Shown: positions 39,555-52,550 of the stretch, piece after piece
How the letters are laid out: every line of letters starts with the position of its first letter
How positions within the stretch are numbered: position 1 is the first letter of the stretch
Origin: Octopus sinensis
Taxonomy: Eukaryota
Reading direction: 5' to 3'
Assembly (NCBI RefSeq): GCF_006345805.1
Contig: NC_043003.1
Location: forward strand, 76,074,001-76,138,000
Length of the DNA: 64,000 nt
Position numbers and translations under genes: made by a program
The notes under the pieces: model-generated
Databases searched by the model: none
What the model was told of the DNA's origin: nothing
The model's input: only the letters and a program-made list of their open reading frames with translations

Positions 39555-40427
39555 TGCGATTCTCCTACACACTAAGAAACAACTGTTTGTGCTTATTTAG
39601 CATTACTTTATTCGACTTATCAGACACTGTTTGCTTCCTGTTAATACGGCTCGTAAGCATATCAGAATTATATAATTGTTTCAATGGTTTCAATATGTAT
39701 CAGACAACATCGCATTTGTGAGTCGGAGGTAGATATATTCTGTCTTCTACAGTTTGGTATGCTGGCTTTAGGACCGACCGTCAAGTATTTGATGGTCTTT
39801 GTGTCTAGCCATTTAAATTTTCTTTCTGATGGTTATGCAGTAACTACGGACTGTAAATGTAGATGATAACAACTAAACCCCTTATACTATTCACAGTATT
39901 GCGTTGAGCGTTTAAAGATTAGATTGACTTTCTCATATTCTCTTTCTTGTTTTCTCGTTTCTTTCTGTATGTTTCATTTTATCAATATCTAATACTCCCT
40001 CACTTCTTGTATGATTGATTCTCTTGAAATTATCTGGTTCGGGGATCTATTTCAAATATCATACTTTTAGATTCAATCAATTTCACTCTTTTTATTATAA
40101 TGTTGGCATTGAACATATAAACTGGTATAAAGAAAAATGTGCCAACTGCATGTACGAGTGTACAGTAGTATGTGAAAGAAAAAAACGATGCCTCAATTAA
40201 GAAGGTAATAGAAATATAAATTAGTTCAGTTGCACTTTATGATTTCTTTCTTAAAAACTATAAAAATGTATGCTTCTCTCCAAAGAATTTTACGAAACGT
40301 TACTTTACTAAAACAATAGTGGCCATCTTGTACAAAAATGAATACATATAGATATGAGTGTATATACATACATATATACATATATACACACGCACACAAA
40401 CACACACGGACACACACATATATATGG

Positions 40428-40472
<45 letters not shown>

Positions 40473-41199
40473 ATATATACATATATATATACACATGCAT
40501 ACACGAATACACATTTGTGGTAATTGTAGTTGTACTCACACACAGACACTACCACACCCAATCATATGCGAACACACACACACACTCACACACACATATT
40601 TACAAAGAGAGGGGAGGTGGTGACGTGTCTGAATTAAAAGAGATAGATTGAGAGCTACACATATAACTACATACATACTCTCATATACACATAGTGATTT
40701 ATATTTTTTTCAAACAAACTAGAAGTGACATAAATATATGAAAAGTGATATTTAGAAACTAATTAAGTATCCAGTATTTTAAAAGTAAGACGTTATCTCT
40801 TGAGAAAATGGTTAACAGCGTTATTGCCTATCAATATAATGGGTAGTATAAGTTATTGCGAGATCACGTGAGAATGCTATTAAATTTAGTGTAAATTTTT
40901 CCCAGAAATTGAAAAGTGACAAAAAACAATTATACGTTTATTCGTATGTGACTCTATGTATGTGTAAATGTGTGTGTGAATGTGAGAGAGAGAGAAGGAG
41001 TGAGAGAGAGAGAGAGCATGTGTGTGTGTGGTTGTACATAAGCTAATGTGCATTTGACTCTATGGTGTGTCTGTAGCTGCATATGTATGTATGTGTATAT
41101 ATATATCATCTTGTCTGTTCGTATGTTTTAAATATATATTCGTGTTCATTCCATCTGTATACACTCGCATATGTATACATGTATAGAAACGTGCATATA

Positions 41200-41249
41200 T
41201 ACATACATACATATATATGTATGTATATATATACATACATACATACATA

Positions 41250-41280
<31 letters not shown>

Positions 41281-41544
41281 TCATATATGAAGCATAAACA
41301 CACATTCACGAAGACTTCCATACATGCTTAAGTGCATAAGAATGCGAATAGATGTAAAAGCTTGCGCACCCGCACACACAAACGCAACACACACACACAC
41401 ATATATAATCATACGTATACTTATGTATATATGTCTATATATGTATATGTATATATATTTTATTTATATATATATATATATGTACGTGTTAATATATATA
41501 TATATATATATACATGTATATATATGCATATATATACATGTATA

Positions 41545-41575
<31 letters not shown>

Positions 41576-41616
41576 ATTTATATATATATATGTGTATATA
41601 TATGTGTGTATATATA

Positions 41617-41655
<39 letters not shown>

Positions 41656-41729
41656 TAATTTTACATGCCGAAGACTACTCGGTGTAATTGATAATTATTC
41701 CAAATTAATTAATTTCACCCTTCATTATT

Positions 41730-41818
<89 letters not shown>

Positions 41819-41820
41819 TT
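41200..41820. repeat. large degenerate (TA)n/(TACA)n/(TG)n microsatellite field
   Basis: Direct reading. Confidence 0.95.
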
Positions 41821-42094
41821 CATATTTAATGAATTTTGTTAAATGTAGCAACGTATTACTCCAATCGGCAACATTCGGTTATTTACAAATATTTTTCTTC
41901 GGGTGGTTTAGAAAAGTAATTTTCTGTCAAATATCGGTATTTCAAATATTTATATTTTCCACACGGTAACAACATATTGTATAGAACAACACTTTAGACT
42001 GTTCAAGACACTACTATATTATTCATACTTCTGCGTTATATATATTTATATATCTATGTTTGGGTATATATGTTTATATATATATCTATGTTTG

Positions 42095-42132
<38 letters not shown>

Positions 42133-42670
42133 TGTGTTTGTGGGCATTTGTACATATGTATATATAAATATATTTATATATTTATCTATACATACATATA
42201 CATATACATATAAACATATATATACATATATATATAAACGCTAAAAAAAGTATATCTGTATATATATATATTTGTGTCATTATATATATATATATATGTG
42301 TGTGGTGTGTGTGTGTTTATGTGCGTGCTTATGTGTGAGTTTGTGTGAGTGTGTGCATGTATGTGTTTACGTGTCGCTATATAATATATACGTGTGTGCT
42401 TGTGCATTAATTGTTCGAGTATTACACATCATTATATGATAATATTTTGGATTCCTGAAACGGGTGATGCATTGTGTTCTTGACGGAAACCCTTCGTTTC
42501 ACATTTCTCCAGTCCACTCAGTTCATAAATGTGAGTATACAATGAAAGAATGAACTCCCTTCTGAAAGATATTTGTATAAGTCATAGAGTCTGGAAAATC
42601 GTTCTCTCAATGCCCAGTTATCATTTGGTCCTTTGATACAAATACATATATACAAATACACACATATACC

Positions 42671-42689
<19 letters not shown>

Positions 42690-42709
<20 letters not shown>

Positions 42710-42910
42710 CTGTAGTACGTATGTATTAATACTACTTTCAAACGATTTTCACCAAACTTTACACCCACATTACTTATGTGCCAAGGATGGTCATGCACTA
42801 TAACTCTTTGCCAAGAGCTCCTACGTAAACCGTGAAATCGAGAAAAATCGTGTTTTACACAGGTTTTTTCCTAAAACCTTCTGCAGTTTTCAACCAATTC
42901 TATCCCTTTT

Positions 42911-42941
<31 letters not shown>

Positions 42942-44350
42942 TCATTTCTCTCTTCTCTCTCTTGTTCTCTATTCTCTGATTCTGTTGCTTACACTTCTTC
43001 TATCTCACCCTCTGTAATAGCTTCTCTCCTTTAGTCTATGGCTGTTCTTTCCCATTCTCCATCTCCCTCTCACTCTCTTTAACTCACACATACACTTACT
43101 AACTTACTAATTTTCTTTCCTTGCATTTAAATTAGTCGGGATTACTTATGTGTTGTCACGGGTTTTCTACGTCTTCCCTGAATAATAATTGGGTTATTTT
43201 TGTATTTGTGTCCACCCAGTGGGTTTCAATTCAGTTTTGCCATATCTGCCTAAAAACTAACTTCAATCTATTTCAATTTTGTCGTGCGTAAAAATCTTTG
43301 TCTGTACGATATTCTCCCTACAACATTACTTATTTTAATTTTTTGCATTCCGTCTATTTAAATCCACTATTTACTTTTCTCCCTCCATCGAATAACGTTG
43401 TGCATGGGTCGTATATGTGCCGTACATGGGCCTCATGCAGCCGATGTGTCTTTATTACTAGCCAATGAGATTTCAACCACGCCACTGTGTTAGCATGCGT
43501 TAGAGAAAGCTATCCTAAAGCGGTTCAAGTTATTTCATTCAGACTATTTTCTTGTAGAGATTTATACGCTCAAATGGTGTTTGTAAATTCTGTCTACAAA
43601 TTGACTTCCTTCTATTTAAATTAGTCGTTCATAAAGACCTCTGTTGTTACGGTTTTTGTACATTCTCCCCGAAAAATGATATAATTATTTTTAATATTTA
43701 TTCACCCAGTGTGCTTAAATTCAGTTTTGCTACATCTACCTAAAACTCTAGAGTATTTCAAGTTTGTCGTGCGTAAATATCTTTGTCACTTCGGTATTTG
43801 TACATTCTCAAAATATCTGTGTATCTGTGTGTGTAGTACGGATACATTTCTACATTTTTCGACTGATTTTCACCAAATGTTGCACGCCCATTACTTGTGT
43901 GCCAAGGATGGTCATGCACTATAAGACACTGCCCATATCTCCCGCTGCAACCTTCGGGTCTCCCTTCCCACAGATTGGGACTGAAAGTAGGCACTTCAAT
44001 AATGCTGCTGAGGTATTTTGGACCCTCCGAGCCTGTGCAATGGGAGACAACTGGTGGTGAAGAATATGATGCCACGTGTTACTGAGGCTACCGCCCTGTC
44101 CGGATGTGGACAGGCAGATCACGTCTTCATACCAAGCATCCCCATTATTCCACTGGAAGCGAAAATTCCCTTTACTTTTAGACGGTTGTAATTTCTTGTC
44201 CGTGTAAATTTTGCGATATATATCAACAAATTGGCGGAATTAACACTCTCTATGGCAGGACTTCACATTGAGGAGTCGTGTTTCTCATACGAGTGAGTGG
44301 ACAAAGGAAACAAGAGAACTCGACCAATTTATTAAGATGTACATCTATGG
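42690..44350 (+). mobile_element. composite Helitron-derived region (two subterminal blocks plus helicase remnant)
   Basis: Block gattttcaccaaa...ccaaggatggtcatgcactataa at 42744-42803 and 43865-43924. Diverged ~190-bp repeat at 43107-43305 and 43612-43790. The second block is joined to Helitron helicase coding sequence. Confidence 0.65.
43940..44290 (+). pseudogene. Helitron PIF1-family helicase C-terminal fragment
   Basis: LQPSGLPSHRLGLKVGTSIMLLR(Y)LDPPSLCNG..LVVKNMMPRV.EAT..G...VFIPSIPIIP...PFTFRRL*F.VRVNFA..INK...TLS.AGLH.EE.CFS. Confidence 0.88.
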
Positions 44351-44609
44351 ATCAAAACAGCTTGATGGAAATTCGTTGGTCAATCTCCTGTTCGCCATGC
44401 GGTATTTTGCACTAACTGTTACCCATATATCAACATCAAACCACGACCGGACGTGACCTTCCACAACCCACCTTACCGTAATAACAATCGACTTCTGTCA
44501 TTCATAGACAAAATGGCTCACGACTGGCATCACACTTGTAACTCAGGCATACCAACGAATTTTAATCAAATTGTCATTATCCATATATAACCACTAAACC
44601 TGTTTTATT

Positions 44610-44710
44610 TTCACTCTCTGTTTATTTCTTTGTGTTTTTCTATTGAAGAGCATTGGCTCGAAAATTGAAAGACTTTCTCACTTCCCGCGCGTTAAACTAA
44701 TACATCTGTT
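44610..44710 (+). mobile_element. Penelope-type terminal-repeat fragment with degenerate hammerhead-like motif
   Basis: ttctattgaa-GAGC-attg-GCTC-GAAA-attgaaagac-TTTC-tcacttcccg. Same family as 7425-7510. Confidence 0.45.
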
Positions 44711-44780
44711 TGTTGTTTACACACCCGTTTTTTTTCTTTTTACTTTTGTAAATTATCACTATATATATATATATATATAT

Positions 44781-45112
44781 AAACACCGGAGGAAACACAT
44801 AAATGTGAAACAAGGTGGAAAAAAGAGTATTCAAATACAAGAGGTAGAGTAATATGCTTCATATAAAATCTGTTACTCAGTTTCACATTCCCGTTTGTCG
44901 GACAGTTCTTTTCGTTTATTTTTATTTCTCGCATACTTAAGACCGTTATTTGAAAGGACCAATGAAACAAATCCATATTTAAAGATGTATCCTTTAACTA
45001 ATTTTGATCAAATTGTTATTTCTGTTCTATTTTAACAAAAACTGTCCGACGACCGGGAATGTGAAACTCTGAGTAACAGTTTTGTTATATTTCTGCTGCT
45101 TTAAAATAAAGT
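44781..45112. mobile_element. non-autonomous element with long asymmetric inverted repeats, embedded in (TA)n
   Basis: Arms gttactcagtttcacattcccgtttgtcggacagtt and aactgtccgacgaccgggaatgtgaaactctgagtaac around a ~130-bp AT-rich spacer. Unpaired ~70-bp extension on the left only. (TA)n on both sides. Confidence 0.8.
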
Positions 45113-45139
45113 ATATATATATATATATATTTGTATATA

Positions 45140-45350
45140 CACGTATATATCTATGTTTCCGTTTTTCTCCCCGACCATTAGTTGACAACCGATGTTGATT
45201 TGTTTACGAACCCGTAACGTAACAGTTCGGCAAAGAGAACGATAGAATAAGTACGACGCTAATAAAGAATATGTCCTATGGTCGGTTTCTTCGACTAAGA
45301 CCCATTAAGGTAGTGCAACAGTATGGTGGCAGAATAATGACTGAAACAAG
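45140..45350 (+). mobile_element. 3' half of SINE family 1, diverged
   Basis: tgacaaccgatgttg..tgtttacg...cagttcggcaaagag.acgatagaataagtac...gactgaaacaag. Confidence 0.7.
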
Positions 45351-45386
45351 AGTTTGTAGGTATACATAACTATATACATACATACG

Positions 45387-45422
<36 letters not shown>

Positions 45423-45424
45423 TA

Positions 45425-45473
<49 letters not shown>

Positions 45474-46661
45474 ATATATATATAAATGTGTTTGTGAGTC
45501 CCTGTGTGTGTCTGTGTGCGTTCGTCTGTGTATAATTATGTTGCTTCTTCTTTTGTAGTATCTGATTTGCTTTTCCTTCCTTCACCCAAACTATGTATAC
45601 TTTCTCGATTACTAACTAAATATAAACACTCCAGCCAAATGTAAAATTTGTATTATCTAATCTCTCTCTCTCTCTCTCTCTCTCTCGGAAGAATTTCCAA
45701 TAGGAACTTCCTCACGTCTCTATCTAAAATGTAAAACTATGTAATTCCTATTGACAAATATTCTAACATCCTCTTTATATATATATAAATATATATGTAT
45801 ATATCAACATATATATATATATGTATATATCAACATATATATATACACACACATACAAAATGAATACACAATATTTAGCAGGAATAGTATTGACAAAGAC
45901 ATTGAAGTTTATCGTTTATCCAGCTCACCAATTATCGGACTGTGGTTCAACTTGACTTTATATATTTTTCGTTAAGTTAGAATTTTTTTAAGTAAGCTGC
46001 GCTCTAATGAATAATTAGGATTTATGATAGGTTGTGAAGTCAAGTTGTTATGAGGAATTTTAATTGAATAAATTTCGCGTTTGTACAATTGTTTAGAATT
46101 TATTCGTGCAGATGGAAATTTGTAATCAGATGTGTATATTTAGATGTGTCATTTTCAGGTCATAAGAGTTCACATAATGTACTAAGGTGCAAGGTTGATC
46201 GGCAGATGTGTCAATAGATACACTTTTAGTTAATTTTAATTGGATATTAATAGGATATTCAATGTTTTGCTTAAAGAATTTGAAGATTAAAACTTAGAAT
46301 TCTGTCCAGCATTTAAAACTAGGTGTTTCAGCTTTCAGGCAATCACGATGTTTTTCAGGATTCGCAAGAGTATATTTATTTCGAAAATATTACTTTGTTG
46401 GGGAGCATGTGTTATTTAGGGTTTTTCGCCAGTTTGGGTAGTGAAGATGTTCGTTATCACTTAAACACCGTCGTTAGTCGGCTTGCTACTTCTAGGGGAT
46501 AATTGTTCTAGAAGTAATTTGGTTATCATTTAAAAATCTTAACATTTTTTGTTAGGGAGGTGAAGCCTGTGGGCTGTTTCTTTTATATATATATTTCTTT
46601 TATTCTGTTTCAAGCATGGACATCTTAGAATACATTATTCCAGACTATTCAAAATATGAGA

Positions 46662-47060
46662 AAGGCGGCGACCTGGCAGAAACGTTAGCACGCTGGGCGA
46701 AATGCTTAGCGGTATTTCGTTTGCCGCTACATTCTGAGTTCAAATTCAGCCGAGGTCGAAATTGCCTTTCATCCTTTCGGGTTCGATTAAATAAGTATCA
46801 GTTACGCACTGGGGTCGATATAATCGACTTGATCCGTTTGTCTGTCCTTGTTTGTCCTCTGTGTTTAGCCCCTTGTGGGTAGTAAAAAAATTGGTATTTC
46901 ATCTGTCTTTACGTTCTGAGTTCAAATTCGGCCGACGAAATCCACTGTCTTTCATCTTTTCGGGGTCGATAACTTAAGTAACAGTTGCGTACATGGGTCG
47001 AGATAATCGACTGGCACACTCCTTCTGAATCTCAAACCTTGTGACTATAGAAGAAGGGAT
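46662..47060 (+). mobile_element. tRNA-derived SINE family 2, tandem dimer
   Basis: Unit 1 is full (ggcggcgacctggcagaaacgttagc). Unit 2 starts internally at ggtatttcatctgtctttacg. Confidence 0.88.
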
Positions 47061-48099
47061 TATAAAACGTGTACAAAAAAAAAGTTTATGCGGCTAATTT
47101 TTACATATATTTATAACGTTCATGAGTTTTTGGGGTTTCGGTTACATGAAACTGAGGAATATTTTCTGAAGTCGTTGGAGTAAAATAGTATTTTACTCAA
47201 CATTTAACACATGGTATTCTAGTAATATTCTCTCCTTCTTGCTTTGAACACATGTACTCACGCCTGTGTTTGCATATATATTGTGTATATATGTATCTCT
47301 ATGTATGTATAAATGTATGTTTATCTATCTGCATGCATTGATAAAGAATACAACGCCATACGACATATACACTATTTTACTGCTATAACCGATGTTATGC
47401 TGACATTTATTTCCGAAAATGTACAAAATAGTTGAAAAGTTTTTTTAAAAACATGAAGTTTTTCCATGATTAACAAAATCTGATATTTTGCTTGCTACCT
47501 TGTCTTCTCTTTATTAATGTATTACGTTGTTTAGTTTTAGATTACATTTCAAAGCTTAATTCTTTTCTTATTTTTGTTATTTTTTATTCTATAAAGGTTA
47601 TTTGGAAGTTACTTTATGCCTAAGGTGTTTAAATGGTAGAAAATGCATTAATTTGAGAAATATAAGATGTAATTAAGAAAAATTCGAAAAGGCAAAATGA
47701 AAAAAATATTTCTTTGCTTTTTTTGTAAAAGATTATCTCGAGGTTAAATTGTTGTCTCAAAAATTAGAACAGATAATTTAGAAAGAATTTCCAGCAAACA
47801 AACATGTAATAACGATTTTAGTTTGCCAGAAGGGTAACAAACAGATTATATTACCTTACAATGCAGCGCAAAATTTTGCCTGCAATACAAGGCAATACGC
47901 ATATCACTATTAAACAGAAGATTGGCAAAATGTAAATATATATACATACACACAAACCTGCACAATGCACGAGATGTACACAAGCACACTCATCGCATAC
48001 ATATACTTTTACGTGAATACATACATAAAGGTATACATATTTTTTAAAGATATATGAAACTATATATTCTGTGCCTGTACATATCCTTTCATTTGTCAA

Positions 48100-49600
48100 C
48101 ATATCACACAATGAATTGTTCAGTGAACAACTACAAACATTAGAATAGCTATACTGACGATAATTCAGCAATATGATAAAATCTATGCTTGCTGTTGGCA
48201 ACAGCTTTATGTTGGGAAGTTCCTGAATATCCTCCAAATCGCTAATCATGTGATTGTGCCAACATCATTCACTGAGATACTAAACACTAGAATATTTACT
48301 ACAAAGAAAAATAAATGCTGATTATCCAAAACATAAATCCGAAAGATCCTCAAAACTATAGGCTTATGATATGTTTGCCAACGACATATATATATTTTCC
48401 ACACATTATACCAACTATATTCTATTACAGGATTTTTAAGGAGATATAATCTGAAAAACTCGGCTAGGGTAAATTGCAAAATATGTGCAAACAGGAAAAA
48501 GAGAGAGAGGGAAAATTATGAATTTCCGACAAAAATTTCATAGAATACGAAGGGTTTGGATACTCAGTTATTTCAACCATGCAACAGAATACAACAGAAA
48601 TTAGCAAACTAGTAAATAAAAAGTACCGTACACCTATAAGAAAATTACGAATTCGGCCAGATTCCTAGAAAAACCTGCTAGTGTGACTGGCATTTACCCT
48701 ACCGATATACTTGCTGAATGAAATTTACTAATGCAACAAAACGCAAATTATCATAATGACTTCTAGACCCAGATATTAAACACAATACACATGCAAATAG
48801 TCAGAAACTGTTGAAATGTGTACCCGATAGAGAAGTTGGACAAAAATTGAAATCGCACTACAAATGAGTTAAACAGCTGTTACAATCGAAACAGAAAGGC
48901 ATAATTAAGATAACAGATATACATACACAAATCAACGGCTTTGAAATAGTAAGTCTATACGTTACGTGACTTGAAGAGCTTAGCTCAAAATAGAACAATA
49001 ATACAGGAAGCTGTAGTGTAGCGAAGCTACAATACGAAGGGTAATAGCCAAAGGAAATTCACTAACAGCATTCAGTGAGAGTGAGCTTTAATGGAGATTT
49101 ATAAAAAATGTATAACAAAACGTTGATTTTGGCAAGGAAGTTTGAAGGAAAGGCAATTAAATTCATTAATGAATTAAAGTCATGAAATTCGTGATATATA
49201 TATTTGCTTGTGAATAAATAAAATATTAAGCATAAGCTTTCGACGGCGGACAAAAAGATTTAAAGAAAATAACAGGAAGAAAGTAATTTTATTAGACTGA
49301 AACAATGTTTACGCAAAAAATATCTATAAGAACGGAATCACCGGAAAAGATTCCACCATCTAGAGCTGAATATTAGTATGTACAATAAGAAAATTGACTA
49401 AATCAATGTGTATGGTTATCCAGACATTCAACACGAGAATGCATCCAGACACATGCTTGTAGGTAGATAAATACATTCAATAATATATGCATAATTCGAC
49501 GGAAACAAAGTGGTTTATGTATATACGGAACATGGCATCTTTTTTGTACCACGGTAAGGAAATATGGGACGTGTATGTCGAAACTAACAATGGTATCAAA
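48100..49600 (+). pseudogene. old degenerate Dong-like RLE retrotransposon
   Basis: PKDPQNYRLMICLPTTY (cf. DP.NYRPITCLPT.YK), YEFGQ (cf. MEFGL), QKLKSHYK*VKQLLQS (cf. KI.KEYYRRV..IL), VDKYIQ*...TETKWF (cf. VG.YIHW..KWY). Confidence 0.55.
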
Positions 49601-51399
49601 GAAAAAAAAAACAATATATGATTGCTTGTAATTAATATATTGCTAGAAATAATGTTAAATATCTCACAAATTGCAAGTATCTGAATAGAAAATATATGAA
49701 TGTGGCGAAAGTATTATACGAGAAAAAAGTAAAGTGTAGCACTTGATACACAATGTCTGTATGAATGGCAAACTTGTGATGGTTGAATTGCTTTTGATCA
49801 TAGTTTTGTTCAGTCAATTCTTACTAAGGACTATAAAACATCCAATAACGATGGATGTCGCAACAACAATAATAACAACAAAAATATCACCTACAAATAA
49901 TAGCCATAGTAAAGCGGAGGACAGCAGTGATTCTGGCTGTATTTCCACTAACAACAAATAAAAATGATAGTAGTCGTTTGAATGTAATCGCTGGAGATGC
50001 GAGAAATAAGAGTTAAAGTTCCCAGAAATAAATATTTACCGTCTGATTAAGAAGAATACAGAGGATGGTACATTGCCAGTTAAACACTATGACTGTGTCA
50101 CATTCGACGGTTCCTAGAAGAGAAATCTCTCACAGAAACTGCGACTTCAGCTCATTTTCTGTCAAATGTAGAGTGCCCTACGATTTAGTTTTATTCGCTC
50201 ATAATCTATTATCATTAATGTGTCCAAAAATTTTGTTTTCTAACATTCCCCGCACGATTTTCTGTTTATTCAACAATTTGCAGGTGATACCATCGTTTTT
50301 TATTCACCTAATACTTTGCACACATCTGTCAATCGCATACAACAAAGCCATCTCTAGCCAAACTAACAGTAACTATATTCTCAATGACCGCAGATGTTTT
50401 CTATAGAATCAAGTTAATCTTTTCTTTTTTAACTGCACAAAAACAATCATCATACTAAATATATTGTAAATTAAATATTCAGTAAATTTCATTCAGTTTT
50501 ATTGTTTTAAACAGTGTCTGGTATTTTAAACAAAACAGTTAATTCCGCTTTATTTAAGAAACAACTTTATATACAAAGAACATTAATGCCAATATTAAAT
50601 TTAAATGACGTGTTTAGGAGGAGTATAATGCGAAAAACCTTGACATTTATGTATTTTAGCCGATGTTTACATTTTCTATTAAAAATAACATTGAAACAAA
50701 AATGACACGTGAGTAATCTTATCTTAATAAATAATTAATTAATCAATTGTCTAAAAATACGGTTTGTTTACATATTTCTTTACCTTCGGCTATTGATGGA
50801 GAGTATAAAATATACAAAAGAAAAACTGAACAACAAAGTGTCGTTTTCCGCCGTTCGTTAGCTGAAAGAACTTCAGCATGTATAGATTGTTACACAATAT
50901 TTCTAACGCACAAATAGAAATTCAGTCGATTCGTTATTGATGTTTATTATTTATTAATTGTAATGTTTGAGAAAGAGCCAGAGAGAGAGAGAGAGAAACA
51001 GACAGACAGGGCAATAAAGACTGAGAGAGATAGAGCGATAGAGACTGAGAAACACAGAATGATAGAGACCGAAAGACACAGCGATAGAGAGAGTGTGTAT
51101 TATGATATGAATACGTTTTATACAGAATTTTAGACATTTGGAGCTCAGATACGAATTTCAATGATCCAATGATTATAGTCACACAAAAGGGAAAGAACGG
51201 AGCCGAATGTGCAATTCTCTAGTAGGACTATTTAAGTGAATACTGCAGAATATTCTTAAAGCTTTCTTATGTTGCTGCGTGTACGAACATAAATTGCAAA
51301 GCTAATCCAAAATAGACCCCACCACTCGGATGGGTGTGGGCTGCTGTATCAACATTCTCACACCATTCATTATTGGGATCACTAATAAATACTTACGAA

Positions 51400-51818
51400 A
51401 GAGTGGCTGTGTAGTAAGTAGATTGCTTACGAACCACATGGTTCTGGGTTCAGTCTCACTGCGTGGCACCTTGGGCAAGTGTCTTCTACTATAGCCTCGG
51501 GCCGACCAAAACCTTGTGAGTGGATTTGGTAGACTGGAACTGAAAGAAGCCCGTCATATATGTTCGTATATATGTATATATACATATGTATGTGTGTATA
51601 TGTTTGTGTCTGTGTTTGTCCCCCTAACATCGCTTGACAACCGATGCTGGTGTGTTTACGTTCCCATAACCTAGCGGTTCGGCAAAACGGACCGATAGAT
51701 AAATACTAGGCTTACGCTTACAAAGAATAAGTCCTCGGGTCGATTTGCTCGACTAAATGCGGTGCTCCAGCATGGCCACAGCCAAATGACTGAAACAAGT
51801 AAAAAATTAAAAGAGTAA
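51400..51818 (+). mobile_element. tRNA-derived SINE family 1, full length
   Basis: Near-complete match by eye to 32285-32690. Confidence 0.92.
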
Positions 51819-52516
51819 CGTGTACATACGCACGAAAACATACACATACATGTATAAACGCACACGCACTCGCACGCAAGCACATCCATATACGTGTATT
51901 TATTTTACACCTCCTTTTTTCCTTTACAGCATTGATTTTTAATCCTCTATGTTTAATCCTGTATATTTTCAAATTCCTCTCTCATCACATGTTGCCTGTT
52001 GACACAGGATGCTATACTACAGCTATATAGAACGTATTATTCTCCGTTACTATTTCCTTACACACGCACAAAACACACACATATATAGGTGTATGTATCC
52101 ACATATACGTATATGTATATATGTGTGTGTGTGCATACATTTATATGCATATATGTTATGGAGAAAAGTCTTGTATTCCTACGCAGGAAATATAGGAGAA
52201 TTTGTTTGGGGTTTGAAAATGCACCAGACTCTTAAAACGTGCAGTCGTTTTAAAATTTTGTAACAGATTTATTAAGATAACCAACCGGTTTCAACAATTT
52301 TCTATTGTTCATGTTAAATCAGAAAAATAAAGAAGCAAAATGGTTAGAGAGAGGTTAAACTTACATGGGAAAATTCAGAAAATATGTTTAAAAAGTCAAA
52401 ATTGTTCATAAAAATTTGAAATAAACATTATTATAAGCCTGATGCATTTCTTAACAGTTGCACGCGATTGAAAGAGATATTAAGTTATATCAACTATTAG
52501 ATACCATAAAACATAT

Positions 52517-52550
<34 letters not shown>

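Noticed and set aside
47851-48479. Two protein-like minus-strand ORFs (PNIKLLPTASIDF...)
   Set aside because: They are antisense to a degenerate Dong-like RT on the plus strand (DPQNYRLMICLPTTY).
49743-49961. ORF with a hydrophobic N-terminus and Thr/Ser-rich tail (secreted-peptide-like)
   Set aside because: Short, partly AAC/AAT low complexity, with no processing or splice evidence.
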